Positions 46,048 to 54,435 of a stretch of DNA of 64,000 nucleotides are shown piece after piece. A program made the translations under genes and the position numbers. The stretch is from positions 43,735 to 107,734 of the forward strand of contig CAWDQD010000013.1 of assembly GCA_963804385.1 (NCBI GenBank), given 5' to 3'. Origin of the DNA: an uncultured Candidatus Micrarchaeota archaeon. GTDB lineage: Archaea > Micrarchaeota > Micrarchaeia > Anstonellales > Bilamarchaeaceae. The notes under the pieces were generated by a model. That model did no database searches, had not been told where the DNA came from, and saw nothing but the letters and a program-made list of their open reading frames with translations. Within the stretch, counting starts at the first letter, position 1, and every line of letters starts with the position of its first letter.

Positions 46048-47184
46048 GGAAGGTCAGTTTATCTCATCGCTCCGGCTAATGCCAGGTCCATGCACGCGCA
46101 GCTGCGCAGGCTTAATGACCAGTTCGGGGAACAGAATCTGAAGCTGGAGGGCCCGTTCGCGGACAAGGACGGCGCGATCGCCGATATCGCGGACCGCGTG
46201 CGGATGGTATCTCGGTTCAACAGCATCGATCTCATAAACGCCACCATGGTCATGCTCAAGCCGCAGAACAAGCTGCCGAAGGACGAGCAGCCATCGCTGC
46301 TCGATGCGCCGTTCATCGCCGACTCCCTTCCTCTTGACGGGTGGCAGAGCTATCCCGAGAGCGCCGGAGAGACCGCTTCGCGCGGGGCGGTGGAATACGA
46401 AGGAGGCTGGGCGAGGATCGCGGAACCTACAGACCTCAACGTGCTCGCGGTGTCCGTCCTAAGGCGGCTCAAGGTGGAATGCTATTTCGCCATGGCGGTC
46501 TGCCGCATACCTGACGAGACCGTCACCAGGGCCGGGATTCAATCCGGAGGCATAATCTTGCCTGCGATCATCTGGCCTTCCGGCAGCGAGACCAGGACAT
46601 TCTCGATCATACCGAAGGACAATGACATCCTCGCGGCTTCTTCGTCCACCTCGTTCGAGGCCATGGACGACGACGCCATCCTTTCGCTCATCACGCTCAA
46701 GAACGCGCACAAGCACGCCAAGTCGCTGATGGCGGACATAGCGAAGCGACAGCAGGCATTCGAAGGCGAGAGGCCGCTCAGGTGCATGGAGATAGGGCAC
46801 ATGGTCCATAATGCGGTATCCCTGTGGACCCTTCCCGAAGCGCAGGAGGACATCGGACGCGCGAAGGGCATGCTCGGACCCGGCAAGCTCGAGGGCATCG
46901 AGAGCGTCAGGGAGAGGATCGGCCAGAGCCTCGTGCGGACGATCACCGACCCGAAAACCCATGCAATGGCGGCCGCGGCTGTGATGCTCCCGGAGGATTT
47001 AAGGCTGAGGGTGCGAGGATACGCCGAGGGCAAGACCAGTATGAACCTGCTGAAGTTCCTGGAAACGGTCTCGAACCATCCGGCCATGTCCCCGTTCCGG
47101 GAATATCTCTCGCTGTCGTTCGGGATGAACGACCATCTCCACCACGCCTCGGAATGCAAGGCCAGCAAAGGCGCGACCGCTTAG
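46045..47184 (+). CDS. Hypothetical protein, tandem paralog 2 of 4
   Basis: MGRSVYLIAP. Motifs: YPESAGETAS, LAVSVLRRLKVECYF, MEIGHMVHN, MNDHLHHASEC. Confidence 0.7.
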   Translation: MGRSVYLIAPANARSMHAQLRRLNDQFGEQNLKLEGPFADKDGAIADIADRVRMVSRFNSIDLINATMVMLKPQNKLPKDEQPSLLDAPFIADSLPLDGWQSYPESAGETASRGAVEYEGGWARIAEPTDLNVLAVSVLRRLKVECYFAMAVCRIPDETVTRAGIQSGGIILPAIIWPSGSETRTFSIIPKDNDILAASSSTSFEAMDDDAILSLITLKNAHKHAKSLMADIAKRQQAFEGERPLRCMEIGHMVHNAVSLWTLPEAQEDIGRAKGMLGPGKLEGIESVRERIGQSLVRTITDPKTHAMAAAAVMLPEDLRLRVRGYAEGKTSMNLLKFLETVSNHPAMSPFREYLSLSFGMNDHLHHASECKASKGATA

Positions 47185-47187
47185 CAA

Positions 47188-47234
47188 CTACTTTAGTCAA
47201 CTTTTTATAACTTTGTTATCAATAGGATATCATG
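47188..47234 (+). promoter_or_regulatory. Conserved promoter module, copy 3
   Basis: ctactttagtcaactttttataactttgttatcaataggatatcATG. Confidence 0.7.
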
Positions 47235-48356
47235 GGAAGGTCAGTGTACGTCTTGCCTCGTGCAAGAGATAAGCCGATAAGCGACCAGTTGCGCAGGCTG
47301 AGGGACGAGTTCGGCCATTGCAGCCTGAAGCTCGACGGCCCGTTCGCGGACAGTTATGATTCGGTAGCGAAAATAGTGGAGCATGTGCAGCGAAGGATGA
47401 GGAGCGAGGGGATGGACGAGGTGAGCGCCACTGTGCTTACGCTCTTGCCCCAGAACCTAGTCCCTGGAGATAGCCTGCTGTCCGGCAGCTCGATGCTCGA
47501 TGTCCCTTTCATCCTGGACATGCAGCCCGGGATGGTGCGGGGATATCCTGAAAGCGCGGGGGAGGCAGCGCTGGTCCCGTCCATCGGATTCCAAGGAGGC
47601 CTAGCCAGGGAGATTGATCCTTCCAGCATCACGATCCTCGCGGTGTCGATGCTCAGGAGGCTGGGGAGAGAATGCTATTTCTCGATATACAATTGCGAGT
47701 CGAGCGCGACGGACGAGACACACGATATAGACATGAACGTGCCGGCGATCCTCTTGCCTGAGGATAGGGGCATGAATATGGCTTCCGTGGTCCCGATGCC
47801 GATTGTATCCAAAACATCGTACCCGCCGTTCCTCGAGGTGGTGGACGAGGACGCGCTCCTCTCTGTCATCAAGCTCAATAACGCGTACCAGCACGCGCAT
47901 GCCCTGATGGCCGACATGGCGGGTCATGGCATCAAGTCCTACGGCGAACGCACGAGCAGGTCTGTCCGGATCGGGCACGAGCTCCACGCGGGAATATCAG
48001 CCTGGACCGTCTCCGAAGCGAAGGAGGACATCGAAGACGCCGCGGGGATGTTCGGGCCGGGCAACAGGCTCTCCAGCATCAGGGAAAGCGTCGAGCAGTG
48101 CATCGTGCGCATCATGACCACGGCTCCGTTACATGCCATGGCTGCGGCTTCCGCCATGCTTCCGAAGGAGATCGTGGGGGAAATCGAGATGTTCGTAGGG
48201 TCCCAAAGCAAGAAGGTGGACTTCTTCCAGTTCCTGGATAGCCTTTCAGACCACCCGTCCATAGCGCAGTTCAAGGAGTATTTCAGGTCGACGTTCACGA
48301 TGAACGAGCACATACACCCTGTCGCTGAATGCAGAAGCATCCGTGGGGACAATTAG
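47232..48356 (+). CDS. Hypothetical protein, tandem paralog 3 of 4
   Basis: MGRSVYVLPR. Motifs: YPESAGEAAL, LAVSMLRRLGRECYF, VRIGHELHAG, MNEHIHPVAEC. Confidence 0.7.
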   Translation: MGRSVYVLPRARDKPISDQLRRLRDEFGHCSLKLDGPFADSYDSVAKIVEHVQRRMRSEGMDEVSATVLTLLPQNLVPGDSLLSGSSMLDVPFILDMQPGMVRGYPESAGEAALVPSIGFQGGLAREIDPSSITILAVSMLRRLGRECYFSIYNCESSATDETHDIDMNVPAILLPEDRGMNMASVVPMPIVSKTSYPPFLEVVDEDALLSVIKLNNAYQHAHALMADMAGHGIKSYGERTSRSVRIGHELHAGISAWTVSEAKEDIEDAAGMFGPGNRLSSIRESVEQCIVRIMTTAPLHAMAAASAMLPKEIVGEIEMFVGSQSKKVDFFQFLDSLSDHPSIAQFKEYFRSTFTMNEHIHPVAECRSIRGDN

Positions 48357-48403
48357 CTACTTTAGTCAACTTTTTATAACTTTGTAATCAATATAATATC
48401 ATG
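48357..48403 (+). promoter_or_regulatory. Conserved promoter module, copy 4
   Basis: ctactttagtcaactttttataactttgtaatcaatataatatcATG. Confidence 0.7.
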
Positions 48404-49519
48404 GGATTATCAGTCTTACTCGCGCCTTCTCCGAATAAGGATATGAAGCGCGCGCAGATGACCGTGGTGAATGCGCAGCTCGGGCCCGGGGCGGCGCTCT
48501 ACGGCCCTTTCTCAGACAAGGACGGCATGGTCGAGGAGATCGCGCGCAAGGTGCTCGGATCCGGCGGACGCGATCTGCTGGAGGCCACCGTGCACGCACT
48601 CCGGCCCCAGGACCTGCTTTCCCTCAATTCTCAGAAACGCTCGATGCTGGACGTCCCGTTCATACTGCCTGGCGGGATATGGCTGTGCCCGGAAAGCGCG
48701 GGAGAGACGGCATCGGCCGATATCGTGGAATACGGCAGCGCGGAGGCGAGAGAGGCGTCGGTCGCCGCGCTCACCATGCTAGCCGTCTCCGTGCTCAGGA
48801 GGCTCGGAGTTGAAAGCTATTTCGCGCTTTACAATTACGGGGGGCGCCCGGTCGACGAAGAGCTTAGCAACCGCCATATCCTGTTCGTCAGCCAGACAGT
48901 GCCGGTGATCATTGCGCAAGCCGGCCCGCAGACCAGGATCGGATCGGTGCTTCCGGGTGGATTGAAGTCCTTCCTGGGCATCCCGCCCGAGGCCTTCGAG
49001 GTGCTGGACGAAGCCGCGCTCCTCTCGCTCATCAAGATCCAGAACACGTACGACGATGTGGAGGCCCTCATGGCGGACATAGCGGGAAGCACTCCGGAAT
49101 CCGAAGTGGAACGGACTGTCATCTCGATGATGAGGTCGATGCAGATAGGGCATCTGCTGCACGATGGCGGGAATCTCTGGACCCCGGACGAGGCGCAGGG
49201 GAGCGCCACCTGCTCCACCAGACGGGATGTACCCAGGAGCGTCAGGCTGGCGGTGGAGGATGGGATCGTGCATACCATAACCTGCCGCGGCTGCCATGCT
49301 GCCGCAGCCGTGTCGATTATGCTCCGGCAGGAATCCGCTGATGAGCTTTTCGAAGAGGCTGGAGTGGCGGGCCACGACAACGACCTGACCGAGTTCCTGC
49401 GCGCCGCCCCGGACTCGGCGGAGATGCGCCCGCTCAAGGAGTACCTGGGGTCGGCTTTCATGATCAACAACCATATCCATCCCGAGTCGGACTGCAAGAC
49501 CGGCCATGGGAAGAATTAG
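48401..49519 (+). CDS. Hypothetical protein, tandem paralog 4 of 4 (most divergent)
   Basis: MGLSVLLAPS. Motifs: CPESAGETAS, LAVSVLRRLGVESYF, MQIGHLLHDG, INNHIHPESDC. Confidence 0.7.
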   Translation: MGLSVLLAPSPNKDMKRAQMTVVNAQLGPGAALYGPFSDKDGMVEEIARKVLGSGGRDLLEATVHALRPQDLLSLNSQKRSMLDVPFILPGGIWLCPESAGETASADIVEYGSAEAREASVAALTMLAVSVLRRLGVESYFALYNYGGRPVDEELSNRHILFVSQTVPVIIAQAGPQTRIGSVLPGGLKSFLGIPPEAFEVLDEAALLSLIKIQNTYDDVEALMADIAGSTPESEVERTVISMMRSMQIGHLLHDGGNLWTPDEAQGSATCSTRRDVPRSVRLAVEDGIVHTITCRGCHAAAAVSIMLRQESADELFEEAGVAGHDNDLTEFLRAAPDSAEMRPLKEYLGSAFMINNHIHPESDCKTGHGKN

Positions 49520-49623
49520 AGAGTTTCCCGTTTTTCCATCGCCAGCAGCGGGCTCTGCGGACTTGAATATAAAATTATAGAAATGGCAACAAATTTAAAA
49601 ATGATTTGCAATATCATAAAAGC

Positions 49624-51084
49624 ATGAGTACTACTACACCGAGTTATATCGAGATGAGCAAGGATGGATCGCAGACGACCTGCAAAATAGACCTCGGACG
49701 GGAGGTCCAGCAGCCGACCAGGATGGACCCGCGAAGAAACGATATATACTCCTTTGGCGGGCTGGTGGCGAAGCTATACGACAGGTACGATGTCTCGTTG
49801 CTCATCGGGGAGATCTTCGGCAAGAAGGCGTTGGATGTTGCCGAAGTCGAACCGAATTGCGCTGTATATAGAAATAAGGGCCAGTTCGGAGAGATAAGGA
49901 GCCTCGATAACATTGCCACAGAAATCCGCTTCCAGGTGGATGGCGCCCTCATCCTAGTCGTGTATGAGACCGAGAATTCAAGATCGAGATATTATTGGGA
50001 AAATTCTAGCAATGACGGGGAAACCAGGGCAAGGCAGGTCATCACGATAACCGCCAGGGATGACTTGATCGCGGGCATGGTCGCCCATCCCGAATTCACG
50101 TATGTATGCGATTTCCTCAGGACTCAACCTGCTTCGGAATACAAGCCGAGAGTGCAGGAGTTCAAGGTCGATTTGGGAAGAGCGGTTTATCAGCTGATGG
50201 ATGGGGGAAAGTTCGGCCAATCCGCAGCCTATGGTGATGTCGCCCTGCTGATGGGGAAGATATTCGACGAAAGCGTGTTCCGCAGCGCGGTGGCCATGAC
50301 TCCGCAGCATGCCCTCAGGAGCAATAAGAGGATGGTGGCCGCTTCGGCGGAATACCAAGGGTTAGCGATAAGACAGGAAGCGCCCAGGGAGCGCGTCATC
50401 GAGACTTCACGATTCAGCGATTGGAACCTCATCCGGGGGATCGAGTTCCTGGTAGGCGATAGGAAGATCAGCGTCAGATACGAGACAGCATTCAAGGTCG
50501 GAGAGCCCGAAGAACTTCCTGCAGAAGACGCCGCGGCGAGGGATATTATCACCATCAACGGCCCTAAGGACCTTGTCGATAGGATTTCGGCTCATGCGGA
50601 AATCGCATCGATCATAGATGGATTGAAGGCCAGGGATATCTCCGCTGTCGAATCAAAAGTCAGGGCAAAGACGATTGCGCCAATCCCGCCCGTAAAGGCG
50701 CCGCGCAGCGAAGGCCCGGGGTTCCCGAGGCGCGGTGGAATACGCGAGGGCGCTCCTGACGGGCAACCCAGTTTCACCCGCAATGGAATAAGCGTTCCAG
50801 CTAGGTTCAGGGATGATCATACCCTGCACACCAGCGGATTCACAGACGATGTAGGCGGCAGGGAGGGCCCCGGGTCCATGAGGCGCTATTACGAAAGGAG
50901 GGACGATAATAAGCGGCATTTCGGAGTTCCTGGATACCAGGACCAGTTCATGAGGGCGCCGCCGAGGTTCAGGAAGCCCGAACCTCAACCCAAACCTGCG
51001 GCTAATGCCGTTGAAGGACTCGCGAGGCTTACAATGAAGCAAGCCAGGCCGGGTTACGATAGGCTCGGCAGGCGCACACGCTAG
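49624..51084 (+). CDS. Hypothetical protein with an internal domain duplication and an Arg/Gly/Pro-rich C-terminal tail
   Basis: Trimmed to the first ATG (MSTTTPSY). The two ~160-aa repeats begin KIDLGREVQQ... and FKVDLGRAVYQ.... Each ends with (I)ITI(T/N)(A/G)..DL..(M/I).AH.E. The C-terminal ~140 aa is rich in R, G and P (PRRGGIREG, RRYYERRDD, PPRFRKPEPQPKP). Confidence 0.6.
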   Translation: MSTTTPSYIEMSKDGSQTTCKIDLGREVQQPTRMDPRRNDIYSFGGLVAKLYDRYDVSLLIGEIFGKKALDVAEVEPNCAVYRNKGQFGEIRSLDNIATEIRFQVDGALILVVYETENSRSRYYWENSSNDGETRARQVITITARDDLIAGMVAHPEFTYVCDFLRTQPASEYKPRVQEFKVDLGRAVYQLMDGGKFGQSAAYGDVALLMGKIFDESVFRSAVAMTPQHALRSNKRMVAASAEYQGLAIRQEAPRERVIETSRFSDWNLIRGIEFLVGDRKISVRYETAFKVGEPEELPAEDAAARDIITINGPKDLVDRISAHAEIASIIDGLKARDISAVESKVRAKTIAPIPPVKAPRSEGPGFPRRGGIREGAPDGQPSFTRNGISVPARFRDDHTLHTSGFTDDVGGREGPGSMRRYYERRDDNKRHFGVPGYQDQFMRAPPRFRKPEPQPKPAANAVEGLARLTMKQARPGYDRLGRRTR

Positions 51085-51093
51085 AGAACGTGG

Positions 51094-51121
51094 TCGTCTT
51101 TCTTCCCTTCTATGACCAGCA
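51094..51121. repeat. 28-bp perfect direct repeat, left copy; a relic of the 3' end of the DUF357-like gene
   Basis: tcgtctttcttcccttctatgaccagca is identical to 52313..52340. The extended ~40-bp similarity still encodes LVIEGKKDDHVL-stop on the minus strand, versus LVIEGKKDEHIL-stop in the intact gene. Confidence 0.8.
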
Positions 51122-51167
51122 TCTAATCCAAGATAAGATTATTAGCTTCTAAGTGCCATAATGGGGC

Positions 51168-52298
51168 ATGGCAGCAGGGAAGGATATCCACTTGGCGTCG
51201 GAGCAGAAGATCTACCCCAATCATTTCAGCTTGAATATCCCTGGGATTTACGAGGGCGTTTTCGATGTCGAGTTCTTGCACCTGAGGTTCACGCAGAAGC
51301 TGAAGAACAGCGGCTATAGGGTATACCTGAACATAGAGAATGACAGGGGGAAGAAGACGACAGAACTGACCTATGTTGAATCCGGCCCGAAGCCACCCAG
51401 AACCAAGAGATATTCCATATCCCCTTCCGGCGTCGAGGGATACCATCTGGGAGAATTCGTGCGGCCAGGCGATAACAAAGTGTATATCGAAGCTATAGCT
51501 AAGGACGGGACTAAAAAATCAAGCAAAGGCGTGACATTCCTCAATCCTGGATCCACTTTCATGACCAACGGGGTCCGGTTCGTGTTCGAGGATCCGGAAT
51601 CCTATGACAGGTATGGGACGGGGTACCTGTCGGAATTGACCCGGATAATATCCGCCATGAACATCTTCATGGAACCTGGTTTCAAGGTCGAGGGAATCAT
51701 CCTGCAAAAGGCGCCCGAAGCCAAACCGGGCGACAGGTCAAAAGCCGAAGAGGGCAGCCGGCAAAATTATACGGTCGATGCCAGACCCGGATACAGGTCG
51801 ATAATGATGGACGAGAACGCGCTCGGCGATTACCTCATATCCCGTTTGACGGTTGTCCACGAAGCCGCGCATCACTTCCATGTCCAGATACAGGTGAAAG
51901 ACAGGCAAAAATGGGCGTCTTTCGTGAAATTATTCGAAAAAATGGATGAGGCGTCGCATAAGCAGTTCATGGTATTCGAACCATTCGCGGAGCACCGCTA
52001 CGACCCGACGCTCCCCAAAAGTTTCGGCCACCCGCACGATAAGCCGGAAGAGCTGTTCGCAAGCGCGTCCACAGTGCTGAAATATTTCGGAAACGGGTTC
52101 GTCAAGCAGGTCGAAGAGATGCTGAGGAATACGAATGCATCGGACAGGGCGATGGTGAGGCAGAGCGTGCTTGAGGTCGCAAGGGCGGTCGTGAATATGT
52201 ACATGGAAAACAAGAACTGCCCTAAAAACTTCTTCCACCCCGAACTACTCAAATTCATCGGCATGGAACAGGGCAACGCGATGAGATTGAAACAGTAA
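51168..52298 (+). CDS. Hypothetical protein with an HExxH motif (putative metallopeptidase-like)
   Basis: 376-aa ORF. RLTVVHEAAHHFHVQIQ contains HEAAH, and ELFASAST lies downstream. The gene is bounded by the 28-bp direct repeats. Confidence 0.6.
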   Translation: MAAGKDIHLASEQKIYPNHFSLNIPGIYEGVFDVEFLHLRFTQKLKNSGYRVYLNIENDRGKKTTELTYVESGPKPPRTKRYSISPSGVEGYHLGEFVRPGDNKVYIEAIAKDGTKKSSKGVTFLNPGSTFMTNGVRFVFEDPESYDRYGTGYLSELTRIISAMNIFMEPGFKVEGIILQKAPEAKPGDRSKAEEGSRQNYTVDARPGYRSIMMDENALGDYLISRLTVVHEAAHHFHVQIQVKDRQKWASFVKLFEKMDEASHKQFMVFEPFAEHRYDPTLPKSFGHPHDKPEELFASASTVLKYFGNGFVKQVEEMLRNTNASDRAMVRQSVLEVARAVVNMYMENKNCPKNFFHPELLKFIGMEQGNAMRLKQ

Positions 52299-52299
52299 A

Positions 52300-52554
52300 T
52301 CAAAGGATGTGCTCGTCTTTCTTCCCTTCTATGACCAGCACCGCGTCTATGAATCCGTATGCGTAGTTGGCCGCGCCGAAGGAAGTGAAATAATCGCCCG
52401 AGTCGAAGAAATGCCTCGCGTCCTTCGAGTAGTTCTCAGCGTATTCCATCACTTTCGGGTATTTCTTGTCGAGGTCCAAGGAGCGGAAGATTGAGAGTAT
52501 ACGCTCCAGCTTGTCCAGGTCCTTCTTCGCGCGCTCTTTCTGGTCCATTTCCAT
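52300..52554 (-). CDS. DUF357-like small archaeal protein
   Basis: 84 aa. YAENYSKDARHFFDSGDYFTSFGAANYAYGFIDAVLVIEG matches my recollection of the DUF357 pattern (..Y..DA..F...GDY......Y..G.LDA). Confidence 0.55.
   Translation of the reverse strand: MEMDQKERAKKDLDKLERILSIFRSLDLDKKYPKVMEYAENYSKDARHFFDSGDYFTSFGAANYAYGFIDAVLVIEGKKDEHIL
52313..52340. repeat. 28-bp perfect direct repeat, right copy (inside the 3' end of the DUF357-like gene)
   Basis: Identical to 51094..51121. Confidence 0.8.
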
Positions 52555-53066
52555 CAGTGCTCGAAAACCATCTCGCTCATCGGTCGCCTGGATGTGGCTG
52601 CGGGCTTCTCGTTCGGGTAACCGATCGCGAGCATGGCGACGGGGACTTCGAATTCCACCGCTCCGACTATCCTAGCGACCTCGAGCGGCTCGAACCCTCC
52701 GACCCACACCGAGCCGAGGCCCTCGTCCTGCGCCGCGAGCTGGGCATAGGCGCACGCTATCGTCGGGTCCTGAAACGAGTAGAGTTCCGCCCCGCGGTCG
52801 CCGTATTTACCCTCGGACCTCATGATGTCCGCGCAGAACACGATTATCACCGGCGCTTTGGCCAGATTGGGCTGATCCGAACCTATGGCGAGGCTTTCCC
52901 TCTTGTCCTTGCTGCGGACCAGGTGCATCTTGTATGCCTGGAGGTTCCCTGCGGAAGGCGCGGTCATCGCCGCCTCGAGTATCCTCTTGACGATCTTGAC
53001 GTCGACTTTCTTGTCTGAAAACTCCCGGACCGAACGCCTGGCCAGGATGAGCTTGGAGAATTCCAT
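52554..53066 (-). CDS. Nitroreductase family protein
   Basis: ARRSVREFSDKKV N-terminal motif, PSAGNLQ, and about 170 aa in length. Confidence 0.8.
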   Translation of the reverse strand: MEFSKLILARRSVREFSDKKVDVKIVKRILEAAMTAPSAGNLQAYKMHLVRSKDKRESLAIGSDQPNLAKAPVIIVFCADIMRSEGKYGDRGAELYSFQDPTIACAYAQLAAQDEGLGSVWVGGFEPLEVARIVGAVEFEVPVAMLAIGYPNEKPAATSRRPMSEMVFEH

Positions 53067-53147
53067 GATTTCGTATTGGAGGGAAAATAATAAAATGGGG
53101 ACTACGGCAAGCTAGAACTTTAATAGTTCACACGCCAAATAACGTCC

Positions 53148-53597
53148 ATGGGAACCGGCTCGATCATTCTTGTGATAATAGGGGTGGTACTCCTCCTATT
53201 TTTTGGTTTGCCTATTTATGGTGGGTATGAGGCAGACAGCTCTTGGAAAGCGGTTCCAGGCACGGTTACGAACACGTTTCTCCAGCAGGGGTATAAAGGC
53301 TCCATATTGCCATGCGTCAGCTATTCCTATGATAGTGGAAATACGTCATTTGGTGGAACTTCTTGCCAAGTCGACTATTTCACTAATTTAACGAGCCTGA
53401 CGGTATTAAACGAGACTTATTATCTTGGCAAAAACGTCGATATACTCGTGGACCCGACAAACATGCATGATTCAAAACTTAAAGATTTTACGCAGCCATT
53501 CAGTTTGGCGCAGGTGATCCCGTTTTTATTGGCCTTATTAATAACAGCAAAAGGCGTATCGGGTTTGTTACCAAAAAAGCAGACACGACCTAGCTAG
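53148..53597 (+). CDS. DUF3592-like membrane protein (TM - beta domain - TM)
   Basis: An N-terminal TM IILVIIGVVLLLFFGL, then WKAVPGTVTN...CVSYSYDSGNTSFGG...VDILVDP, then a C-terminal TM VIPFLLALLITA. Confidence 0.5.
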   Translation: MGTGSIILVIIGVVLLLFFGLPIYGGYEADSSWKAVPGTVTNTFLQQGYKGSILPCVSYSYDSGNTSFGGTSCQVDYFTNLTSLTVLNETYYLGKNVDILVDPTNMHDSKLKDFTQPFSLAQVIPFLLALLITAKGVSGLLPKKQTRPS

Positions 53598-53724
53598 GAC
53601 GAATGAATTCTTATTGAATGGAGACTAAGAAGACGGGATGGCTAGGGACTGCGTTGGTCATTATTTAAGTTATTAAAAATGGCAAAACATATATTTATAA
53701 GAAGTTTCCATCACAAACGAATAT

Positions 53725-54366
53725 ATGCAGTCCCAGCTGAAGCTTCCGAGGACCCCAATCACGAAAGACATCATGGTTTGGGAGCGCCATCTGGACATCA
53801 CTTGTCCGGTCGACTCCAAAGACATCAAAGGATTCGGCCAATGGGTGAATTGGAACGGATTCAAACCAGGACACCTGGCGTTCGATTTCGCAGCCTATAT
53901 GGATAGGACCGGTGGGAAGATAGTGTTGGGTTTACCCTCTGAAACCCCGATAAGAGCGGTGGCGGATGGTTTGGTGATTGGAGTATCGCGCGGGGTTTGC
54001 GGTTACGCTCATTACATCCACATAGAGCATGGAAAGGAAGAGTTTATGGGCTTGATGGGAGACGGCTTGATGTCTGGCTATTATCACGTAGTCCCATTGG
54101 TTGAAGCCGGTAAAAAAGTTAAGAAAGGCGATATCATCGCGACTCTGTATAAGAATCCCGGAGAATCGGAAGGAAGGCTGGTCCATTTGCATTTTGGATT
54201 GGAAAATGCATACGACGGAAAGCCGAATGAGGTTGATCCGGTTGAACTGTTCCCGGAAATCGGCGTTCTGGTCGCGGAACCTCAAGGCAGTGCACGATTC
54301 GCTATCAGGGATTTGACGCCTTCGCCAGAGATATCCATTTCGCATTTTGCCAAGCTCATGATATGA
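53725..54366 (+). CDS. M23 (LytM/lysostaphin-type) metallopeptidase family protein
   Basis: HxxxD motif GHLAFDFAA, the YIHIEHG segment, and HxH motif LVHLHFGLE. Confidence 0.7.
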   Translation: MQSQLKLPRTPITKDIMVWERHLDITCPVDSKDIKGFGQWVNWNGFKPGHLAFDFAAYMDRTGGKIVLGLPSETPIRAVADGLVIGVSRGVCGYAHYIHIEHGKEEFMGLMGDGLMSGYYHVVPLVEAGKKVKKGDIIATLYKNPGESEGRLVHLHFGLENAYDGKPNEVDPVELFPEIGVLVAEPQGSARFAIRDLTPSPEISISHFAKLMI

Positions 54367-54435
54367 CAGGGGCGATTACGCGATTCGGGCCCGCTGCAAA
54401 GCAATAAAAACATATACAGATATCAATTATCACTG

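Noticed and set aside
51123-51446. A 107-aa minus-strand ORF overlapping the promoter and 5' end of the HExxH gene.
   Set aside because: It overlaps a longer ORF that has a plausible motif, and nothing supports it independently.
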